NCBI RefSeq assembly: GCF_022539665.2
Contig: NC_081334.1
Location: 1,922,001 to 1,986,000, forward strand
DNA from: Daphnia carinata
Lineage: Eukaryota
Direction: 5' to 3'
Length of the DNA stretch: 64,000 bases
Shown here: one piece after another, positions 30,017 to 43,744 of the stretch
Numbering within the stretch: position 1 is the stretch's first letter
Layout: every line of letters starts with the position of its first letter
Made by a program: the position numbers and the translations under genes
The notes under the pieces: model-generated
The model's input: only the letters and a program-made list of their open reading frames with translations
Databases searched by the model: none
What the model was told of the DNA's origin: nothing

Positions 30017-30206
30017 GAGGAGGACGATGATGATTGCGCCGATGAAGTGGTGGATACGTGCCGAAGCCATTCCGATTGCAGATGCGCTTCGTCCGGCGTC
30101 CAGCAGCGATGTCAACGCGGCCGTTGCGTGCCGAAGAATGGCGGCCAGAAACGTCAGAGGAGCCACCAGAAACGCAAAGCAGCCGCAACAACTCCGACGC
30201 GTCGCC
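30017..30206 (+). CDS. Coding exon 2: six-cysteine module
   Basis: TTAG acceptor at 30013-30016 and GTAAGT donor at 30207. In-frame translation EEDDDDCADEVVDTCRSHSDCRCASSGVQQRCQRGRCVPKNGGQKRQRSHQKRKAAATTPTRR; ends in phase 1. Confidence 0.85.
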
Positions 30207-31684
30207 GTAAGTTTGACATTTCATTCGATCCTCATTGCGCCGTATACGCGTGTGTCTTGTCTTGTAGCTTATTTCTCTTGTTTTTGTTTTGTTTTTTTTT
30301 TTTACCTCGAAGTGGGTGCGGCGTTCACGCCAACAGCAGCTCGATTGTGGGCACGCATTTACAAGCGAAACGTATATATATGTATATATATATATGTAAT
30401 CGCATCGTATAGAGGTAGCGAATCCATAGGCGTTCAAATGGGGGACTGGCCAAGTCATGACAACAAGCCAGCATGAAATGGCAAACACACAGAGAATGAT
30501 TCAGCAAAGCGTACGAGTTTTGTTTTCAAAAGTTGTTTTATGTTTTTGAACTGCCTGTTCGTGTTGTGGGCCTTTTTTTTTTTTTTTTTTTTTTTTTTTA
30601 CTCGATTGCCAGGAGGAAATGAATGAGCGGTTCATTCATTCAAAACCTCCGAAATCTAATGGCCGCACCCCTTCGTGTTTCAATGACTGGCTGTTCTTCT
30701 AGCGTGTGTTATCCTCTCGACAGAGCGAATCCCATTAAAAAAAAAAAAAAGAAAAAAGAGAGAGAGAGACGCGTAAAAATCAAGATGAAATAACAGCTTT
30801 GGATATATATAAACAAGCGTGATCAAAAAAAGAAAAAAAAAGAAAGAAAGAAAGAGGGTGTGTGAGAAAGATTATTATTATTATTTTTTTTTTAAACGGT
30901 CCCAGCCGAGTTTTCTTTTCCAACAGACTAAAAGGCACGGAGCGCGTTAGGCAATCGAAGGTGTGGCCACACTGCACCTCTTTATAGACAGCGAGAACAC
31001 GACAGGTTATACGACGTCTGTTGGCCGATACATTGAGAGAGAGAAAAAAAAAAAAAAGACACCTGCGTCTTGTTGTTTCTTTTTCTCTTATCTTTTTGCG
31101 ATCGAATCAAGGATGTGCTACTCGGTCAAGGATGTCTGTCTGTTGTGCACCTCCCCATGTCGAATGAATTCTCGATTGAAAACCAGAGTTTTAAATTTTG
31201 GCTTTTTCTTTTTTTTTTTTTGTTGAAATATATAATCAACATTTGTTTTTTTTTTTCCTTTTTCCTAAAACCGAAATTGTTCGAGATGGAGACGCGACCA
31301 TAACGACGAACGCTTTCCTATTTATTAGGCCGCCCACTCTCCAATCAGATTTGTTACTCGGCGACGTCATCGCGGACCCTATTACTCTCCCATCTTTTTT
31401 TTTTTTTTTTTATTTCTTCTTTCATTCCATCAGGCAGACCGGAGCAAATGAAAGACGGCTTGTAGAAATCCAATCACAACTTGATATTTATTTATTTATT
31501 TTTTTTTTTAGAAGGGCAGGTTAGGTGGGTGGCTGGTGGGGGTAGAAAGCGGACGAGAAGAAGCAAGAGATGATTAAAAATCCAAATAATAATAATAATA
31601 ATAAAAAGTCAAGAGTCCTTTTGCTGGCAAGACTGGCAGTAGAAATGTCTTGTTGCCATTTATGTGTCAGTCCTTTTCGATGAC

Positions 31685-31715
<31 letters not shown>

Positions 31716-32524
31716 CCATGATGATGGACCATCTCACACAGCGGCGCTCGATGAATGGCGTCCCTTTCTCGATGGACGCACTGGGTCCGTCTATTGTCTA
31801 AAGGTAGCACACGTCCCCCCGTTCGTTCGCCCAACAAAAGACGAACTCTGTAAATGTGCAACGATATTTGATAAAGAACCCCAACCCCTTTTATTTTCGG
31901 ATCATTCAAATCCAATTCTTAATAAGAGTTCTTTAATAAATGCGTTTTAGAAAAGAAAAAATAAAAAAAATGGATAGCTTTGCGTGCGTTAGCAGAGGAA
32001 ATGAAGGGAAAATCCAAAACAAAGGTGTGGGCCTTGATGTACGCCGCTAGACATTCGATTTCAAAAATTTCAAGGGAGAGGGGGGGGAAAGGGGGGGGGG
32101 GGAGGTATTTCTAAAAAGCAAAGCAAAAAGAGCGAGTCGGATGTTGGCTGATGTCGAACGCCGGGAAATGATTGCGATCGGTGTGTCCCATCAGGTGGTG
32201 AAAATGGCGGCCCGGACCTTTGCACAGCTGGCACAATGACGTCACCTTCTCTCTTTTTATTTTATTTTTTTTTTTTTTCGCCATTTTACTCTCAGCGAAA
32301 ACGTAGCCTGTGCTCATTTTCGCTTGACCTCGCCGCCATGGATAGGTCGCTTCGTGTTATCCACACATTTTTTTTTTTTTTTTTTTTTTGCATTCTTCAT
32401 TCGATTTTCTTCGACGGCCATTTTTTCTTATGTTATAGTCCGCATACTACAGGCCGTCCCGATTTTTTTTTTTTTCGCATAGATTGGGTCGCTGCTGTTT
32501 GGCCATTTTCGAATGAATGGATGC

Positions 32525-32559
<35 letters not shown>

Positions 32560-35500
32560 GAACGGCTACAACAAACGAATGAATGAATGAATGTATGAAT
32601 GGAAAAGCGCGCTGTGTGATAGGCGTTCACCGCTGGCGTCAATGGGCGTCGTTTGGACGCCGGCCAAGATAAGCGCATTCTTGACACACACACACACAGA
32701 GAAGAGGGCCAGCGAAAATGCACGGCCGCCACGCATCGATTCGAAGAGAGAGAGACAGAGAGAGGGGGGGGGGGGCAACATCTTTTGTGTTTGTTCGCAA
32801 GCAGTGTGAAAAATAGGGAGAGATAGGAAACGACCGTCTTTCAAACTGACAGGGTCGACCGCGTCTATAATTTGCATCCGTCCCTGATTATGTATCGATG
32901 CGTGTGCACGTTCTCGCTTCGCCCAATTGCCTCGACCCTCTTTCCCACCCCTCTCTCTCTCTCTCTCTCTCTCCCACGTTTTGTTTCAATGAAAGTTTAA
33001 CAAATAAAAATAGACATGTCCGTGAAGAGGATCGCTTTTTTTTTTTCAATAGTCCTCGACCTCATACTGTTTCGATCGGCCATTTTCTTTTTTTTTTTAT
33101 TTTATCGGATCCGCTTGACTTCCTGGCTGCTATAAGATTTCGTGTTGGGTTTGCAACACGGCTGCGAGCACCGAAGAGTTTCAGTTTCAAGACTTGAAAA
33201 GCTCTTCGTCCAATCAAACAAAACAAGCCCGTACTAAATAGACGCCATTTCCATGACAATGCATTAAATTCAAAAGATATATGTACAGTATATGTGATCT
33301 TCATTTCGAATTGCTAAATTGAGTTGATTTCTGACCGGTAAAAAGCAAATGAGAAATCGTGAGCAATCGTATGGCAAATGGGATCGTGCATGAAAGCGTA
33401 ACACTTTTATTTATTTATTTATTTTTTTTTTTCGAATTAAATCTCAGAAATGGGCAGGTCATACGCAAAATGACATACACGCATACGTTTAGCCTATTCA
33501 TTGAACGTAGCTCGCGTGTGCCTATCACGATAAAAATAACGTATCGCTCACCGTGCCGCCCACGTCCAACGTCACGTGTCCATATCATCGTGACGAACTC
33601 TTAAAAAAAAAATATAATAATAAGAATAAGAATAATAAAGTATAGGTGCCTCTGACGAAGACTTTCGGTCGGTAAAGATTGTCACGGTCCGTTTGGCTAA
33701 CCCAGGAGGGTCTCTTCACATCGGGATGATGTACAATTTTTTTTTTCTTTTCTTTTTCCAACTCAACTGACACGCAGGCATATACACAAGCACAAGAGAG
33801 AGAGAGAGAGGTAGAAAAAAGAAATGGGGGAAGAGAAAGCTGAACGTTCACGCTCCGTTTCCCGTTGCTCGGATCTTTCATTTCCTCCTTCTCTTGCTCT
33901 CTCTCTCTCTCTCTCTCTCTCCTCTGTTGTTATTATATGGACTTTCTTTGCCACTCTGCTCACATTTTTTGCCTCCCACCATTGCGGCTCCCTCTTTAAA
34001 GAGGTAAAGACGAGTTTTTTTGTTTGTTTTTTTTTTTTGGATAAAGACACAAGCAGTTTTTGATTACCTTTTTTGTTTGATTCCTCTTGCGTGAACGCCG
34101 CCTGGCAGCACGTCAGCAGGTCACGTAGCACAAGCGCAATTGATACACATCGTTTTTTTTTTTTTTTGTTTTTTTTTAACAAATCAAATCAAAAACAAAC
34201 AAAGATGACGCAGGCCATCGTGCAAAACTCCCGCAACTTCGTTTCATTTGAACTTTGATTTCTTAAAAAAAAAAAAAAAAAAAAAAAAATACCTTCATTT
34301 GATTATTATTACGTTTTACTGAATTTTATGGCATGGCATAATCGTCTATGCTTTTATCCCTTTTTTTTTTTTCGGAAGGGTATGACTTTGGTGTATTCAT
34401 TCACCGCACATGCCGCCCACGTCTGTAATCTTACGCAATCATCTCTCTTCAAACGCGTCGTACTTTACACTGCCGCCCTGTATCGCTTTGTAGCCGCCCA
34501 GTCAGTTGTAAGAGTAGAGAGAGAGAGAGATGGGCGACTCGTGTCCTTTCAATTCGTCCGCACGGAACCACTTTTTAGCCCGATCGATTGATTCGATTGC
34601 TCTTGCGAAGTACGCTGAACGAGGAGGCCATTGCCTCCGTTTCGAAATCAATCATTGATTTACGTTTCACCACTTTCGACGCCCAAGTACCAACTTGAAA
34701 CTGGGATTTATTATTATTATTTTTTTTTTTTTCACAGTCCAATTGAAAGAAGAAACTCTTGAAACGGATGCAATTCATGGCGTTTATATTACAACAACCA
34801 TTTTCAGTTACGGCGAATGAAAAGAAAAAAAAAGGGGGGAAATGAAATTGCGTTAGGGAGGGGGGGGGGGGCTGCGGCTGCCTGTACGCACCCACACACG
34901 ACATGCCAACCGGAAACAAGTCAAGTCAGAAACTTATAAGCTCGGTACGGGCTTATAAAATGGGAGGGAGGGGGGGGGGGGGAAACACATAGAGAGAAAA
35001 GAAAAGATGTAGTGTAGAGATTGGTAAAAAAAAAAGGTGCGTCTTGCACGGTCCCCCCCCCCTCCTCAGTCCCGCCGGTTTGCCTTTTGAACGCGCCCGC
35101 CAGTCCGAGTCAATGGGCGATGAGCTGCGTAACACACACACACACAAAGAAATATTGCGAATGCAGATGAACATCAGCACACTTGTCGGACTCTCTCTCC
35201 CTCTCTCTCTTTCTTTTTATTATTGTGCACAACTGTTGGCCTTTTATTTCAGCGTGTTTTATTATTTCGTTTAAGAGAAAAGAAATACGTGTGTAGCGGC
35301 TCCGCTTACACACCCCGGTGATGTCATCAAAAGGCACAGCATTTCTCTCTCTCTCTCTCCTTCTCTCTTGTTGAATTCACATTGAATGGCCCGAATAGGA
35401 GGGGTTGATGACGTCATTCATCACGCAATCACGATAAGCATCGCGTCGGTTGCGATTTGTGTGGCGTAGATGGAAGAAGAACATCTGCCACGACTGAAGC

Positions 35501-36080
35501 AAACCAAATGAAATTCGAATTCTCATCGATCGCTGTCCGATGGAGCTCTTGAGCAACAACAAAAAATGGCACCGCACTTAAACGTATGCAGTACCTTAAA
35601 GAGGATCGTCATTAGCTCTCCGAGTATATACATGGGGCTTCCGAATACAATAGACATAGACGAAGAGAAATGGATATTACCCCCCCCCCCCCCAGACGGA
35701 ATGCATGTCAGAGGGAGAAAGAATTTTTTTTTTCTTTTCTTTTGATCCTTTCTAAATATAAAAAAAAAAAAAAAAAATCCGTCCCATTAGAAGGGACTTA
35801 AGATGCGCACACAGGACAATAGAAACTTTTGGCCATCGTTTCCGGTAGAACGGCCATTATGTCTATGGCAGAACACACACACACACACACACATAAATAG
35901 GCCATTTGTCTTCTTATGGTTATGTACCTTTTTTTTTTTTTTTTTTCACTGTTTGATTTCGTCTCATTTCTTTCGGGGAGAGTGGCCAACATTGTGGATG
36001 ATGAATCATTTCCGACTCGTGAAGACGATGATGATCGATGTCTCCGTTTTTTTGTTTTTTTTTTCTCTCTGTGCCGACAG

Positions 36081-36298
36081 TTGAAGACGATGAACGAGAG
36101 TTGAATGAAGATGAGTGGACGCAAAGCGATCGAGACGAGCCAGATCCGTCACGATTGGAGCAGCTGCTGCAAGAAGATCAACAGTCGGAAGATGAGACTA
36201 GCGATGTGTGGCAAGACAGGCCAAATAGCCGCAAAGCCGATACCATCCGAGATATCATCGACGCTCTCCAACAGATCGATCAAGAATCGACAGATTAA
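36081..36298 (+). CDS. Final coding exon (acidic tail)
   Basis: Polypyrimidine tract and CAG acceptor at 36078-36080; phase 1 matches exon 2. Reads (L)EDDERELNEDEWTQSD...DIIDALQQIDQESTD-stop. Confidence 0.75.
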
Positions 36299-39200
36299 AG
36301 CAAAAATTAAAGGAAGGAATTCAACAAAATTCTAGAGGTGACATTCATTTTTTGTTCTTTAAACAAAGAATTCGTTTGAAACGGGCAAAGAACAAACAGA
36401 AAAAGAGATACAACAGCACACGCAATTCCGGCGAAAAAAAAAAAAAACCTAATAATGAAAGTTGCATAACAAACATAACTCTCCCCCAATAATCAAATTA
36501 AAAATTAAAAAATAATTAAAAAAAAAAAAAAATTGCAGATTGAAACTTGATTCCTTCCCTGGCACGTGTTGATCTCACACACTGATTTTTTTTTTTTTTA
36601 TTATTATTTTTACAAAGAAAAAAAAAATAAGAAAAACAAAAACAAAAGGGAACAACGACGTACCCTCTTGAAAATGAAACAAAAAAAAAAAATGCGTCCC
36701 TTCTTTCTTTTCAATTTCCCTTTTAATTCGACATGGCCACTCGTTTTTTTTTTCTTCTCTCAAAATGAAATATGAAATTCACTTGTTTAATTAACGTCAC
36801 ACTTATCGCATGCTATGAATATCAAATGGGAGAGACACCTACACAATTTGTATACACACACACACACACACACAGACAGACATCGACACGCACTTACAGA
36901 CAGACACATTTCAAAAGTTACGTGGCGCCGAGATATTGAAACACGCCATTCGCAATGACATAACGTTTGTTTTCATTTGAAATCTGTCGTTCTTTATTTT
37001 TATTTTATTATTTTTGTTCTCGTGTGTGTGTGTGTGTGTGTGTGTCGGTCTCCCGCCCACGCACTTGGGCCAATGAGTTTCATTCCGAAAAATGATTTGC
37101 ATTCGTATGTTTAATTTTCTTTCCTCTTTGTTGACCATTGGCGCCCGACAACCAGGGATATGCTGACATATCAATAGCCTCTCCCTTCCATTCCTCTCGC
37201 CATTCCCAATCAAACAACCAAAAGAAGAAGAAAACTCTTAAAAACAAAACAAAATAGGAGAGAGAGAGAGCTGAAATGAATAAAAGCACACACACGCAGA
37301 CACACTCACACACACAACCAAGAAGATGAAAACTAAGCGAAGCGCGTTGTATAAACACAAAAAAAGAAAGATCAACGCATTTCAATTGTTTTTTTGTTTT
37401 TTTTTTTTTTTTTTTTTTTTTTTGGAGAAGAAAGCCAACACATATACAATTATACATATATATAAATATCAGCTTATCTCTTACGTACATCCAATTCCTG
37501 TTGTTTTTTTTTTCATTTCTCGTCAAACGGAGAAGAGAGGAAAAAGAAGAAAAACATTTTACCTAGTGCATATCAAAGCATAGTGTCTTTGTGTGGCGGT
37601 TGCGCAAACTAAACTAAACTAACCCCCCCCCCCCCCCCAAAAAAAAAAAATTAAAACACACAAAAAAAATAATTATATACAAATTTTAACCCGACAGTAG
37701 CCCAAATCCAACATGTCCCCCTATCCCATCTTTAATCCTCTGAATACTATATATATTACACCACATGTGATGTGTATAACTTATATAATCTAATTATTGT
37801 GACTGTATACTACACAAAGAAACAAAAGAAGAAAAAAAAACTAACCAAAAAAAAAAAAAAAAAAAAAAGATAAAAAAAAACAAAAACAGGCAACACAATC
37901 GATTGTTCACCTTGACATTTCTTATATATTGACATACATTTGTTTGTTTAGTTTTTTTTTTTTTTTTTTCTTTCTCTTTTCTCTTATTTTCTTGGATCAA
38001 AATCAATGTTTTCGTTTGTCTCTTCCCCCCGCATTGCTCCTTTCCGGAAACAAAAACAGACACGAAATAAGCGCTTTTAAACATGATTATTTGACTGTGT
38101 ATACTTACATTTACTTGAAGTCTACATCATTTGTCGAAGATCGACCTTTTCGTTTTCCCATTTTTCTTTAAAACGAAATCATACCGATCGTTTAGCTATA
38201 TTTTCAATCTATATACAATCGCTGAATCCCCCTCCTGTGCTGAAGAGGAACGCTTTGCCCTGGTTTAATTAAACCGCATTTCACGTGGTCATGTCACAGA
38301 GTGTATCACGCTTGGCTCAGTACGATTATACCTATTCGCTCGTTGTCGCACTCGAATGGCCAATGACGTGATCTCCGGTGACGACATTCCAGTTCCGAAA
38401 TTTCGCACCTGCCGATTGCTGGCGTATAGATCATGTAACGACTGATATTGGAAATCCAAGAAAGGCATGCCTCCCCCTTTCCTTTTGTATGCCACCGTTT
38501 TATTGCGACAATGTCCAGAAGCAATTTCGTTGGAGAGGTTGGACATGTCAACACAAGTTTCTCGGATATTGCGCGACGGGCAATTGCAGGAAAAAGGTAT
38601 TCAAGTCGACCGAGAGCGATCCAATCGCCACTGGCAATAAATGAAACTATAAAAGAGAGATCTAAGAAGAACTACTCCCTTTTTATTTTTTGTATTTTTC
38701 TTTGGAATGTAGAATGAAAAGCTCCTTCCCACGGCCCGAACGAACTTCCATGATTGATTTCCTGATGAGTTTGCCTATTTTTTCGTTTGCCATCCTACAA
38801 GCAAACAACATCCTTTTGTGTTTGGCCAATGGTTTGTCGGACAAAATCAAGGTGAAGGCACGCACAAGTTCATCAATGGAAAGGGGCAACGTGAAAAGCG
38901 AAAATGAAACACACACACAACAGGCAAATGCAAAAGGTAAGGAGTAATAACAAAACAGCTAAAGAAAATGGTCTTTTTTTTTTTTTTTAAGCTACGGATC
39001 GTGAAGCGTTTGGTCGTTTAAAGGGGACGGGAGGAAAGACAGGAAGCCAATTCCACGTCAAAGGGATGCAATGTAATGACTGTTGAGTGCGAATGGTCGC
39101 CCTTTAGTGGACATACACCAGTAGGTGAGGTAAACAAGATGAGCAGAAAGAGCTTTGATGCGAATATGAAATCGTACTGCAGGCAAAAGGCAACGCCAAC

Positions 39201-41859
39201 ACACGACGGACGCTATAGGGAATGGAAGATGTAATAGTCTTGCTCAAAATTCATTGATTAACTCGCATTTCGACTTGTATCCCCTTTCTTTATCAATCAT
39301 CACGTTCGCCGTGTCCACCGCTCGCAGCGTGAGAGAGAGAGGGAGCAGAGAGACGAACGCCCACGCTGAATAATATTCTGGGAGGCAAGCGACGACGTCG
39401 TCTTCCTGTCACGCTATTTGCATTTCCAGCTAGCCAGCTAACTCAACTGATACTGTGTGTGTACACAAGTGGCTTTGCCACATCCGTTTTCCGTTCTCGT
39501 GAACTCTGAATTTCTATGTTATTATCCTCCTTTCCAACTGTAATACGAGGAAATGTGAAAGCTCTTCCAGCAACAGGGCCGGGCCGAAAGCCGCGATGTT
39601 AATCGATTTCGCTGTCTACTTCTTCAATGGAAATGTTGATAATAAGGGATAGAGGAGAAGTCTTAATTGTTTGGCTGACCAAATCTACAGCAAGAAATCT
39701 GTGCACCCGAGCAATGAGCTGGCGGAGCAATTGCACGTGCCTAAGATGCTCAGATATCCTAAAATTGGTGGTTAAAATTCATTCAGAAGGATTGTAGAAA
39801 CTGCGAATCGTTCAAATAAAAAAAAAATGTTTTTGTAAAAACAACTGTGTTGAAAATAATTCGGCCGTTTTATTTTCCACTATGCATCACGTTTCAAACT
39901 AAATTTGGCTTCACGTTCGTGAAATTTTCACGTGAAATCCAGGCAAAATTCACACCAGTTAACGGCACAAATACGAGATCGAATAGAAACCTCGATTTTG
40001 CGATAGAAAATGTTTAATTCTGTTGTTCTGTGAACATCCCGATTGAGCCAACTTTTTCGATATTTCCCCCGATAGATGGCGCAGAGTCGCCAATCGCCAA
40101 CTGTTTACGAAGAGTCGTCAATCGCCAAAAGATGGCGAATGAACGCCAATTTCCCACAGATGGCGTATCGATTTTGAGGATAGGGGCACATACTCCGATT
40201 ACCGTCATTACGTTTCTCGATCTTTCCAGCCGTGGCATATTTGGTGACAATATCTAGAGAATATAACGATACAGAGAAACTTTAACGCTTTCACAGCAAT
40301 GTTACTTTACTGTTACTATTCGTGGTATGCGGCGTTCGTGTCAGACAACTGTTTGGGTGCCATTAAAAGCTTTTGCTTTTATGCTTTTTTTTCGCCTATT
40401 AAGCAAAGACCAGCAGACACGCAACACAGTGTAAGGTTGACTCGTGAACAACCTTACTGGCTGACCAGAATGCTGACCACGCTTATATTGTTGGAACCGT
40501 TCGTAACAAAAAAACAAAACAAACAAACCTGTCGCCTGTATCGCTATGTCTACTACAACCTGACATAGATTTGCGTGCCACATCTTATATTTAGATTTTT
40601 TTACGACATGGAAAAGGCAAAGTGTTTGCTGATGGTTAGTTGATTAATTGTATACTAATGTAATCATATAACACTTCTGACGTTGTGTTATTCCAAAAGG
40701 TTGTGATAATATTGGCCCCATCTCAGTAATGGAAAAGATTTGTTGGAGGTAAATATAGACTTCCTACTGAAAGTCAGTTTGTTAAAAAAGTCTTGAATTG
40801 CAGGTGGGAGTCGTGTCATACTAAAAGTTAATAACCATTTTACATTACCGTGAACATTTTATTAGTTATGATGTTTCATTTTTAAAAATTTTTATATTAT
40901 TATTAAAATTTCATCAACACAGCCACAGAATAGGTGACATGAAAAAGTGTTGAGTTAATTACTTTTCCAAACATTGCTGAAGGAATTATGGCTGTATGAC
41001 TGACCAATGAACACAACCTCATAAAATATTGATAGGTTAACCTCTGAGTGATGGTAACAATAACACTAAGAAGGAGACGAGACCAATTTGAGTCTTATTT
41101 GCATAATCTTTTATTGTTTATATCTTCGAGGTGTCTTATTGACTTCCGTTCATTAAATTTGTGGAAAAGTATATTAAATGGGGTGATGCAATCCTGTCAT
41201 TGTCGGAGATCCTTTTCATCATGGAAATATTGCTAATTTAGGTTGTGCAAAATGTAATGAACCAATTAATTGTTTTAAATTGTCAGTATGTTAGAATTTT
41301 TAATTTCTTTGGATCGAAATACGGTGGAATTAATGGAGCATGTAATAGAAGATATGGAATTTGTATTGGGATTTGTACCAATATGGAAGTCGTTTGCTCA
41401 ATGATACTAATTTGCTCCTGGCAATGAAGCAATCACCTGAGTGGTATTGTTGATAAATCTGGAAGCTATGTAGATTAATGTCAATGTATATTTTAAGTTG
41501 ATTGGTTATGGAATGCTGTTAAATGTTGGTGGGAATCTACTTGATTTAGCGTAAAGTTAGCCAAGATCCTGAAATTTGAGATAACATAAAAAAGAAGAGT
41601 TAGAGAACAGAACTTTGCTTGGCTGGATATCTTATGGGGAATTTATTATGGGTAAAATAAAATTTGTCAATGCTGTCGAGTTATTGTTGGTTTCCTATTT
41701 AATCCGTATCATCAGCTGTACTGCAAATTACAACTGATATCCACCGCAAACGAACAATTTCGTCAGCCTTGTATTGTTGTTGTATTTACATTTAAGTGTT
41801 ATTAGTTGGGATATAATAAATAACAGTATGATAATAGTCATAATAAAAGAATTATTCCA

Positions 41860-42217
41860 AACAAGATGATCAGAATTCTCATGGAAACAAGACAAGCAAC
41901 TAGCAAATGGGGGATGATAATAAAAAACATAACTATCAACAACATTATTTCTTCGAAGTAAGTTTGCACAATCTAAACTGATAAAGAATGAACTAATTTC
42001 TTCAATGTATTATCGCTTGCAAGATGAATTATGTCAACTGAAGGAGGAAGCATATCACTTAAAAATTCAAACCGATGCCAAATTAAACACTGAGTAGGAT
42101 CTATCCAACCAAATAGAATAACTTCAAGCCAAATTTGATCGAGCAAGAGATATCAATTTTGTTCTGCAAAAACCTGTGATGGACCAAGAACACAATAAGT
42201 GAACTTTGCGAAGAAGT
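41860..42217 (+). pseudogene. Decayed coiled-coil coding exons
   Basis: Reads QDELCQLKEEAYHLKIQTDAKLNTE*DLSNQIE*LQAKFDRARDINFVLQK with in-frame stops; GTAAGT donors at ~41957 and ~42216. Confidence 0.4.
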
Positions 42218-42405
42218 AAGTCTATATAAACAGTTTAAACACAATTGACATTGGACATATTATGGATAGTTTGTTTCCACCATTCCTTGCAGGTTGTATC
42301 AATTCCCAACCATATCCTCCTTTTGTCAGCAATTTTCTTCTCAGTTGTTCCTTATGAATCCAAATTCCAAATTGTTTTTGAAATACACCGAGTATTTGAC
42401 ACAAT

Positions 42406-42442
42406 GCTAGCGCGCCAGTACGCTACAGCGCTAGTGCGATGC
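42406..42442 (+). repeat. Copy of the GCTAGCGC-GCCAGTACGCTACA-GCGCTAG hairpin motif (also at 43654-43684 rc, 45980-46003 rc and 54721-54757)
   Basis: Four dispersed copies seen directly; flanking similarity extends ~50-150 bp. Confidence 0.8.
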
Positions 42443-43198
42443 TTATTTTGTCGGGCATATTTTAAAACCTGGCCAAACAGTATTTCCACTAGATGGCGTT
42501 GCAGATTCATCAGCCTCTAGCGTGTGAAATGGAACTATTGTTACTTTTTGTTGTCATGTGATTCTCATTGTTTACTTTGTTTTTACGTTGAAAACGTGTA
42601 TTTGAGTTTCCCTCGTCTAAATGGTATCGTTATTTCGTTTTTTGGTGTTTTTACCTCCACCCCTATTATCGATGTGAAAATATTGCACTGCTTCATTACC
42701 TAAACGAAATGTCAGCCGTTGCACTTGGGCTTAGAATGAGGTAATATTAACATATTTTTGGAAAACCAGGTCTCATGTTGTATCATTCTGGGTAAAGCCA
42801 ACTCTGTTCGTATGCCAACTCGGTATCATGCCAATTCTGTTACAAGCAGAACTGTGCATGATACTTGGTGAAAATTGATGGTTTTGTGTTTACAACCAAA
42901 AGCCAATTTTCAGGATTATTAAGACAATAATTTACTACTTTTACATTTGCAACATGTTAATCTTATTCTTTTTTATTAGTAAACATATCCAGTAGTGGAG
43001 TTGCAAGTAACAGATGTGTTCTGTTGTGTACTTTGCACATATCGTGGTTTGTTGCATGATTTTATTACTTTGTGAATCAATTGTAACTTATTTATGAGAC
43101 ATTCTTGAAGATGTGCTATTTGCTAATATTCTGCAAGAATAGGATCACCCATTTACTTCTGTTTGGTAATAACCATATCTGTTCAACTATCCCCTTAA

Positions 43199-43519
43199 TT
43201 CTGATGGCTACAAGATTAAGAGGATGGTTTTAAAACATTTGCTTCGATTATTATGTGTGTGGTAGTGATTCGAAGTGGTATACAGGTCGTACCTGAAAAC
43301 TGAACTTTAAGAACTTTGAAAGGCCATGTTATGTTCATTTACTATAGTTAACGTTTGAAACTACGCAGACCTTTTGTAACTTGTGAAGGAGAACATAGTT
43401 CGTTTTTTTAATTTTCGAAATTTTAACTTTCAGTACAACTTTCGGTTTGAAAATGCCTAATAACTCACTATCTGTTGGTCTGAATGAAAAAAGAACCACA
43501 TTTTCGTAATCTTCGTGAA
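43199..43519 (+). repeat. ~320-bp direct repeat, copy 1 (copy 2 at 45079-45411)
   Basis: Alignable by eye, e.g. tacctgaaaactgaact...aaggccatgttat...tttactatagttaacgtttgaaa...taactcactatct...ttcgtaatc.tcgtgaa; moderately diverged. Confidence 0.9.
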
Positions 43520-43583
43520 GCGCAACGGTGCTAGTTAATTCTTATACTGGAATTGTGATTTCATCGCTTACAAAGCCAGGTAA

Positions 43584-43744
43584 AAAATTGCTATTTCTTT
43601 CATAACATCAACCGTTTTGGAAATACATAGGATTGAATAACTTTGATGTGTCACGCTAGCGCTGTAGCGTACTGGCGCGCCAGTAGTTTTTAAATTCGGT
43701 GTATTTTCAAAACGGTTGATGTTATGAAAAAAAATAGCAATTTT
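43584..43744. repeat. 44-bp-arm inverted repeat enclosing the GCTAGCGC motif
   Basis: aaaattgctatttctttcataacatcaaccgttttggaaataca (43584-43627) versus tgtattttcaaaacggttgatgttatgaaaaaaaatagcaatttt (43700-43744). Confidence 0.9.

Larger units (their letters stand above)
12999..35416. promoter_or_regulatory. Six perfect CRE palindromes (TGACGTCA) upstream of and within the secreted-protein gene
   Basis: TGACGTCA at 12999, 17808, 20202, 26214, 32237 and 35409. The 12989-13007 and 26204-26222 contexts are 18/19 identical (GAGAGG[G/C]CCTTGACGTCAT). Confidence 0.5.

Noticed and set aside
38683..38947. Short overlapping ORFs on both strands
   Set aside because: No recognisable homology or linked exons; cannot be supported.
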